From positions 648,990-672,989 of the forward strand of contig NZ_BAABWK010000001.1 of assembly GCF_040362765.1 (NCBI RefSeq): a stretch of DNA of 24,000 nucleotides, given 5' to 3'. Shown one piece after another: positions 19,218 to 24,000 of the stretch. The translations under genes and the position numbers were made by a program. The notes under the pieces were generated by a model, which worked only from the letters and a program-made list of their open reading frames with translations, made no database searches and had not been told where the DNA came from. This stretch comes from Pyruvatibacter sp. HU-CL02332. Lineage in GTDB: Bacteria; Pseudomonadota; Alphaproteobacteria; CGMCC-115125. How positions within the stretch are numbered: the stretch's first letter is position 1; every line of letters begins with the position of its first letter.

Positions 19218-20316
19218 ACCCCAGTTCATACTCAAGCCACTCGCTGTTCTCGCGATTTCACTTGCCGCCCTGTCCAGCGCTTGGGCTGAAACAGACCCAA
19301 CCAACGACCCCAATGTGCGCGCGGTCTCGCCGGAAGTGGCGCAGGCCGTAGAAGCTCTTAAAGCCAATGACGGCAAGCGTGCGGCAGCTTTCCTGCGCCC
19401 CGTGGCTGAACAGGGCGATCCATCGGCACAGGCCCTGCTGGGTCAGCTCTATCTCGACGGCATTGGCATCGACCAAGACCTCTTCGAGGCGGGTCGCTGG
19501 TTACGGTCTGCCGCAGCCAACGGTGAGCCATCCGCCGCTTTTGCCCTGGCCGAACTGACAGCGGACAAAACGCTCACACCCCCCGGCATGGACCCAACCA
19601 ACACCGAAGCTCGGCTACAGGAGGCCACCCGTCTGTATCTGCTATCCGCCACAAACGGATCTCTTGCCGGTCAGGTGGAAATCGGCTTGCGCTATGCCCA
19701 GGGCGTAGGCGTCGCACAGGATGTCCTTCAGGCCAGTCGCTGGTTCCGCGAAGCTGCCAATTCAAACAGTCCCATTGCCCAGTTCAATCTGGGTGCCCTG
19801 CACGCAACAGGCGCCCTCAATGGCGGCACGCCGGACCACGCAGCCGCCCTGCCATGGTTTGAAAAGGCGGCGGCCTCCGGCTACCCCGATGCCCAGTACA
19901 ATCTGGGTCTGACGGCAGCACAGGGGCTGGGACGCGACGTAGATAATGCTGTGGCCGCCAAATGGTTCGCCGCCGCCGCAGGCCATGGCATGGCCGACGC
20001 GCAGGCAGGCCTCGCCTACCTCACCTATCAGGGCCTGGGCACAGACAAGGACGTCGCCAAGGCGGCTGAGCTTTATGCGCAGGCAGCCGAGCAGGGCCAT
20101 CTCATCGCCCAAAATCGTCTTGCCCGCCTCTATGTCATGGGCAGAGGGGTGGATGCTGACATGGCGGAAGCATGGAAATGGCACTCTCTGGCCCTACGCT
20201 CAGGCTACGAAGATGCCGAGCTGGATGCCCGGTTTACCAAGTTCATCACCCCCCAGCAGCGTAGCGACGGTGACGCACGCGCATCCAAATGGTTGGAAAG
20301 CAAGGCCAGCCAGTAG
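19210..20316 (+). CDS. Secreted Sel1-like repeat (SLR/TPR-family) protein of unknown function
   Basis: The length is 368 aa. The signal peptide is [29 protein letters not shown]. About seven SLR units follow the pattern A...LG.LY..G.GV..D...A..W...AA..G (for example [38 protein letters not shown]). Its start overlaps the thiE stop (ATGCGTAG). Confidence 0.8.
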   Translation: MRRPQFILKPLAVLAISLAALSSAWAETDPTNDPNVRAVSPEVAQAVEALKANDGKRAAAFLRPVAEQGDPSAQALLGQLYLDGIGIDQDLFEAGRWLRSAAANGEPSAAFALAELTADKTLTPPGMDPTNTEARLQEATRLYLLSATNGSLAGQVEIGLRYAQGVGVAQDVLQASRWFREAANSNSPIAQFNLGALHATGALNGGTPDHAAALPWFEKAAASGYPDAQYNLGLTAAQGLGRDVDNAVAAKWFAAAAGHGMADAQAGLAYLTYQGLGTDKDVAKAAELYAQAAEQGHLIAQNRLARLYVMGRGVDADMAEAWKWHSLALRSGYEDAELDARFTKFITPQQRSDGDARASKWLESKASQ

Positions 20317-20427
20317 CAGGCCCCTTGCACCATGGCGCACAGTGGTGCATGTCAGGCCCGCTTGCTCCTCCAGCCATCACAGGCCTCTGGGGACAATTCA
20401 ATAAAACCGCACGAAGGTCCGCTAGCC

Positions 20428-20991
20428 ATGAAGATCAACGGCAACGAAATCCGCCCCGGCAACGTCATTGAACACAAAGGTGGCCTGTGGGCTGCTGTAA
20501 AGGTCCAAAGTGTGAAGCCCGGCAAGGGTGGTGCCTACGCTCAGGTGGAACTCAAGAACCTGATCGACAGCACCAAGCTCAACGAGCGCTTCCGCTCGTC
20601 TGAGTCCGTTGAAAAGGTCCGTGTGGACACCAAGGACTTTCAGTTCCTGTTTGAGAACGACGGCATGTTGACCTTCATGGACAACGAAAACTACGAGCAG
20701 ATTGAACTTGCCCGTGACTTCATCGGCGAACGCGCCGCCTTCCTGCAGGAAGGCATGGCTGTGACGCTGGAACTCTGGGAAGAAAAGCCAATCGGCATCA
20801 ACCTGCCCGAACAGGTGACGCTGGAAATCACCGAGACGGAACCAACCATCAAAGGCCAGACTGCGGCTTCCTCCTACAAGCCGGCTGTCCTTGAAAATGG
20901 CGTGCGCACCATGGTGCCACCGTTTGTGACCGTCGGTGAAAAAGTCGTCATCGACACGACGGAAGTCACCTACATCAAGCGCGCCGACTAA
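20428..20991 (+). CDS. efp: Translation elongation factor P
   Basis: The track ORF starts at 20332. The real start is the ATG at 20428 ([21 protein letters not shown]...[16 protein letters not shown]), giving 187 aa. GAAGG lies about 10 nt upstream. Confidence 0.95.
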   Translation: MKINGNEIRPGNVIEHKGGLWAAVKVQSVKPGKGGAYAQVELKNLIDSTKLNERFRSSESVEKVRVDTKDFQFLFENDGMLTFMDNENYEQIELARDFIGERAAFLQEGMAVTLELWEEKPIGINLPEQVTLEITETEPTIKGQTAASSYKPAVLENGVRTMVPPFVTVGEKVVIDTTEVTYIKRAD

Positions 20992-21025
20992 ATCCTCGTA
21001 ATCGACAGACCCAAAAAGATATTCA

Positions 21026-21829
21026 ATGGCCCTCAATAGCCCAGTCATCAATGTCATGGTTGGCGCTGCCCGCAAGGCAGCCCGCAAACTCGCACGCGAC
21101 TTCGGCGAGGTGGAAAACCTTCAGGTCTCTCGCAAGGGCCCCGGCGACTTTGTCAGCGCCGCTGATCTGCGCGCTGAAAAAATCATCTTTGAAGAGCTCT
21201 CCAAGGCCCGCCCCGGCTATGGCTTCCTGATGGAAGAATCCGGTGTGGTCGAAGGTCCAGACAAGACCCACACATGGATCATTGATCCTCTTGATGGCAC
21301 GACCAACTTCCTCCACGGCATGCCTCACTTCGCCATTTCGATTGCGCTTCAGCGCGACGGGCAGATTGTTGACGGCGTCATCTACAATCCCGTGACCGAT
21401 GATCTGTTCGTGGCGGAAAAAGGTCAGGGTGCCTATCTCAACGACCGCCGCCTGCGTGTCGCTGCGCGGACCAAGCTTGAAGATTCAGTCTTTGGCACCG
21501 GCATTTTCTTTTCTGACGCGAAATGGCTTGAGACATTCAGCAAGGAACTGAACACCATCGTTCCCAAGGTTGCCGGTATCCGCCGCTTTGGTGCTGCCTC
21601 GCTTGACCTTGCCTGGGTCGCCGCAGGTCGGTTTGACGGGTACTGGGAACATGGGCTGCGACCATGGGACGTGGCCGCGGGCATTTTGATGGTTCGCGAA
21701 GCAGGCGGTTTCCTTACCGATATCAATGGTGGCGACAAGCTGCTGGAGCGCAACGGCATCATTGCGGCCAATGCGGACCTGCTGCCACTGCTGCAGGATA
21801 TCCTCAAAAAAGCGCGCCGGAGCGAGTAA
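21026..21829 (+). CDS. suhB: Inositol monophosphatase family protein (SuhB-like)
   Basis: The length is 267 aa. Motifs are FLMEESG, WIIDPLDGTTNFLHG and WDVAAGILMVREAGG. Confidence 0.87.
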   Translation: MALNSPVINVMVGAARKAARKLARDFGEVENLQVSRKGPGDFVSAADLRAEKIIFEELSKARPGYGFLMEESGVVEGPDKTHTWIIDPLDGTTNFLHGMPHFAISIALQRDGQIVDGVIYNPVTDDLFVAEKGQGAYLNDRRLRVAARTKLEDSVFGTGIFFSDAKWLETFSKELNTIVPKVAGIRRFGAASLDLAWVAAGRFDGYWEHGLRPWDVAAGILMVREAGGFLTDINGGDKLLERNGIIAANADLLPLLQDILKKARRSE

Positions 21830-21960
21830 CAGGTCCCGACGGACCCACTACAAATCCGCCGTTGGGCTTTACGTTCGCGCCGCAAGCGGTTAACCCGTTA
21901 GGGACCCTCATGCGAGGGTTGCTCGGTCCACCCCTACAGATGCGGACAGCGCCACCCGGC

Positions 21961-22863
21961 ATGACCTATTTCAGCCCCACTCTTTCAAAACTCAGCCCTG
22001 TTCTGTCCATTGCGGCGGTCCTGGTTGCCACACTGGCCGTTGTGCCAGCGATGGCTCAGCAAAACTCCGACGTTAGCGTCAATCTGGAAGCCTTGGGGCT
22101 CAATCCAACACTGGACGCAGGCAGCGAACCGCGCCTGATTTTGAAGTATCCCGGGTCGTCCACGGCCACCCGCCAGGTCCCCCAGCTGCGCTACCCAAGC
22201 GTGCCTGCGCCCACCGCGCGGCCAAAGCCGCCTGCGCCTGCAACAACGGTGAAAGCCGCACCCGCTGAAGCGCCAGCACCAAAGGCAGCAACGCAAGCGG
22301 CAAAGCCTGCGGCGCAACCTGCGGCCCAGCCAGCGGTCAAAGCCGCAGCAACACCGCCCGCAAAGCCCGAAGCTCGCGCGACCGCCACAGCCGCGGCAAC
22401 GCCAGCCCCGCGGCCTGTTGAAGCCACCCCGCCCAAGAGCATCACGCCTGCTGCTGAACCAGCCCCTGCACCGGTGACCGCACCTGCCGTCGAGGAACCT
22501 CAGGTCGCAGCACTCTCTCCGCCCGCGCCGGTCACCGCATTGCCAGATCCTGATCCCGCCATTCTGCGCGTCCTATTTGACGAAGACACAGCTGCCATCA
22601 TCGGCTCTGCCCGCAGTGACCTGGATGCCATCGGTGAATCACTCCGCTACGACCCGCGCCGCATTGAGCTGAAGGCCTATGGTGGTGAGCCCGGTAACAA
22701 AGCCAGTGAGGCCCGTCGCATTTCGCTGAAACGTGGTCTAGCGGTGCGCGCCTATTTGATCGGTCTGGGAATCGACAGCCGCCGTATTGACGTCCGCGCT
22801 CTAGGCGGCGTCACGGATACAGGCTCTGCGGACCGTGTGGATGTGGCCTATTCCGGCAGCTAA
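21961..22863 (+). CDS. Secreted protein with an Ala/Pro/Lys-rich linker and a divergent OmpA-like C-terminal domain
   Basis: The track ORF 21664..22863 overlaps suhB, so I take the ATG at 21961. That gives MTYFSPTLSKLSPVLSIAAVLVATLAVVPAMA-QQ, a signal peptide; the ATG at 21910 is an alternative. A low-complexity linker of about 130 aa follows (KPPAPATTVKAAPAEAPAPKAATQAAKPAAQPAAQPAVKAAATPPAKPE...). The C-terminus aligns to the Pal of this window: VLFDEDTAAI...IELKAYGGEPGNKASEARRISLKRGLAVRAYLIGLGIDSRRIDVRALG. Confidence 0.7.
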   Translation: MTYFSPTLSKLSPVLSIAAVLVATLAVVPAMAQQNSDVSVNLEALGLNPTLDAGSEPRLILKYPGSSTATRQVPQLRYPSVPAPTARPKPPAPATTVKAAPAEAPAPKAATQAAKPAAQPAAQPAVKAAATPPAKPEARATATAAATPAPRPVEATPPKSITPAAEPAPAPVTAPAVEEPQVAALSPPAPVTALPDPDPAILRVLFDEDTAAIIGSARSDLDAIGESLRYDPRRIELKAYGGEPGNKASEARRISLKRGLAVRAYLIGLGIDSRRIDVRALGGVTDTGSADRVDVAYSGS

Positions 22864-23013
22864 GCGGCGCTACACTCATCTGAGCCCCGCCGCCCTCGCT
22901 AACGGAAGGGTCACACTACTGCCCCAAACTAGCGCAGACTGCCGGTTTTCAGCTCTAATGACGCCCGCCAGCGAGACATTCAGCCCGTTGGCATGCCCGC
23001 ACAGGAGACGACC

Positions 23014-24000
23014 ATGGCGAAAGCGCACGGCTCAGACACGTTGAGCCTCACACAGCCCAGCCGCCACATTTCCCGCATGCTCACCTTTTTGGTGATCGTC
23101 GGCCTCGTGCTGGCCGTCCTGTGGCCACAGCTGTCAGACGCGTTTTTCGCCAATGTGGTGCTCAACGGCCTGATTGCAGGCGTTCTACTGCTGGGCATCC
23201 TCTACACCATCCGCCAGGTACTGGTGCTTGGGCCGGAAATCCGCTGGGTGAACGCCTTCAGGCGTGCTGACCCCGGCCTCACCCTGCCGCCACCCCCACG
23301 CCTGCTGGCCCCCATGGCCACCCTGTTGGGCGAACGCAAGGGCCGTGTGGCCATTTCAGCGCCAGCCATGCGCTCAATTCTGGATTCGATCGCCTCTCGG
23401 CTTGATGAAGCCCGCGACATCTCCCGCTACATGATTGGCCTGCTGATCTTTCTCGGCCTGCTGGGCACCTTCTGGGGCCTTCTGGATACGGTTTCATCCA
23501 TTGCCGAGACAATCCGCAGCCTGTCGCCCGCCGGTGGTGGCTCGGGGGATGTGTTTGAAGAGCTACGCAACGGGCTGGAAGCCCCCCTCAACGGCATGGG
23601 CACCGCCTTCTCGTCCTCATTGCTGGGCCTTGGCGGCTCACTCATTGTCGGATTTCTGGACCTTCAGGCCAGTCAGGCGCAGAACCGCTTTTACAACGAG
23701 CTGGAGGAATGGCTCTCCACAGTGACACGTCTGGATTCGTCTGAAGGCGAAGGCAGCCCATTGCTGGGCGAACTCGCCAAGCGTCTCGACGACATGCAGC
23801 GCGACATAGGCGGATCGTCTGGCGAACGCTCAGCCACCACGGCCTCCCTCATGGCCCTGACGGAACGTCTCACCATTCTGTCTGACCAAATGCGCTCGGA
23901 AAGCCAGTTGCTCAATCAGGTCGCCAGCAACCAGGCAGACCTCAAGCCGATCCTTGAGCAAATCGCCAAACTCGCAGCCCAGAACAACAGCGACAGGAGC
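23014..24000 (+). CDS. MotA/TolQ/ExbB-family membrane protein with an extended helical C-terminal tail (329 codons seen; 3' end beyond the window)
   Basis: Missing from the ORF track because there is no stop in the window. The ATG at 23014 has GGAGA 6 nt upstream, and my translation is open to nt 24000. It begins MAKAHGSDTLSLTQPSRHISRMLTFLVIVGLVLAVLWPQL.. (TM1), followed by NVVLNGLIAGVLLLGILYTIRQVLVL (TM2). After a loop come YMIGLLIFLGLLGTFWGLLDTV (compare TolQ FIGLFGTVWGIMNSF) and GMGTAFSSSLLGLGGSLIVGFL (last TM). At least 110 aa of charged, heptad-like sequence then follow. Confidence 0.72.
   Translation, partial: MAKAHGSDTLSLTQPSRHISRMLTFLVIVGLVLAVLWPQLSDAFFANVVLNGLIAGVLLLGILYTIRQVLVLGPEIRWVNAFRRADPGLTLPPPPRLLAPMATLLGERKGRVAISAPAMRSILDSIASRLDEARDISRYMIGLLIFLGLLGTFWGLLDTVSSIAETIRSLSPAGGGSGDVFEELRNGLEAPLNGMGTAFSSSLLGLGGSLIVGFLDLQASQAQNRFYNELEEWLSTVTRLDSSEGEGSPLLGELAKRLDDMQRDIGGSSGERSATTASLMALTERLTILSDQMRSESQLLNQVASNQADLKPILEQIAKLAAQNNSDRS

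Noticed and set aside
20428-20991. The EF-P loop KPGKGGA with no adjacent modification-enzyme gene (epmA/epmB/earP), considered as a possible sign of an unusual EF-P modification state.
   Set aside because: Modification genes need not be linked to efp, so their absence from a 24-kb window is uninformative. It cannot be assessed from this sequence.
21830-21960. A search for a suhB/mmgR-type alphaproteobacterial sRNA next to the suhB-like gene. A small hairpin, ACCCTC-atgc-GAGGGT, lies at 21903-21918.
   Set aside because: Neither strand shows the C-rich anti-SD loop motifs (CCUCC-type) that I associate with that sRNA family. The hairpin is short and overlaps an alternative start codon of the next gene.

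Overview
This is a GC-rich, densely coding stretch of core chromosome whose gene order looks alphaproteobacterial. I support 27 protein genes, two of them cut by the window edges and therefore missing from the ORF track, plus one 6S RNA. Everything from 1 to about 13680 is on the minus strand: ftsH (5' part), tilS, cpoB/ybgF, pal, tolB, tolA, tolR, tolQ, ybgC, ruvB, ruvA, ruvC, yebC, a YmdB-like phosphoesterase, 5-formyl-THF cyclo-ligase, ssrS (6S RNA), zapA and a small coiled-coil gene. Everything from 13999 to 24000 is on the plus strand: tkt, gap, pgk, thiE, a periplasmic Sel1-repeat protein, efp, suhB-like, an OmpA-like secreted protein and a truncated MotA/TolQ/ExbB-family gene. I saw no IS or transposase, integrase, CRISPR array, toxin-antitoxin pair, tRNA or rRNA, and no compositional island, so most of the window is ordinary housekeeping DNA. 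The only plausible candidate for an uncharacterised system is at the 3' end (21961-24000). It pairs an OmpA-like protein lacking the canonical peptidoglycan-binding Asp with a third MotA/ExbB-type channel paralogue carrying a long helical tail that runs off the window. Its function cannot be assigned without downstream sequence and homology searches. Smaller items are the ORF-invisible 6S RNA, a thiE gene with no canonical start codon after the pgk stop, tandem terminator-like hairpins separating pal from cpoB, and a few unexplained hairpins and palindromes. All calls rest on my own translation, motifs recalled from memory and synteny; no database search was run.
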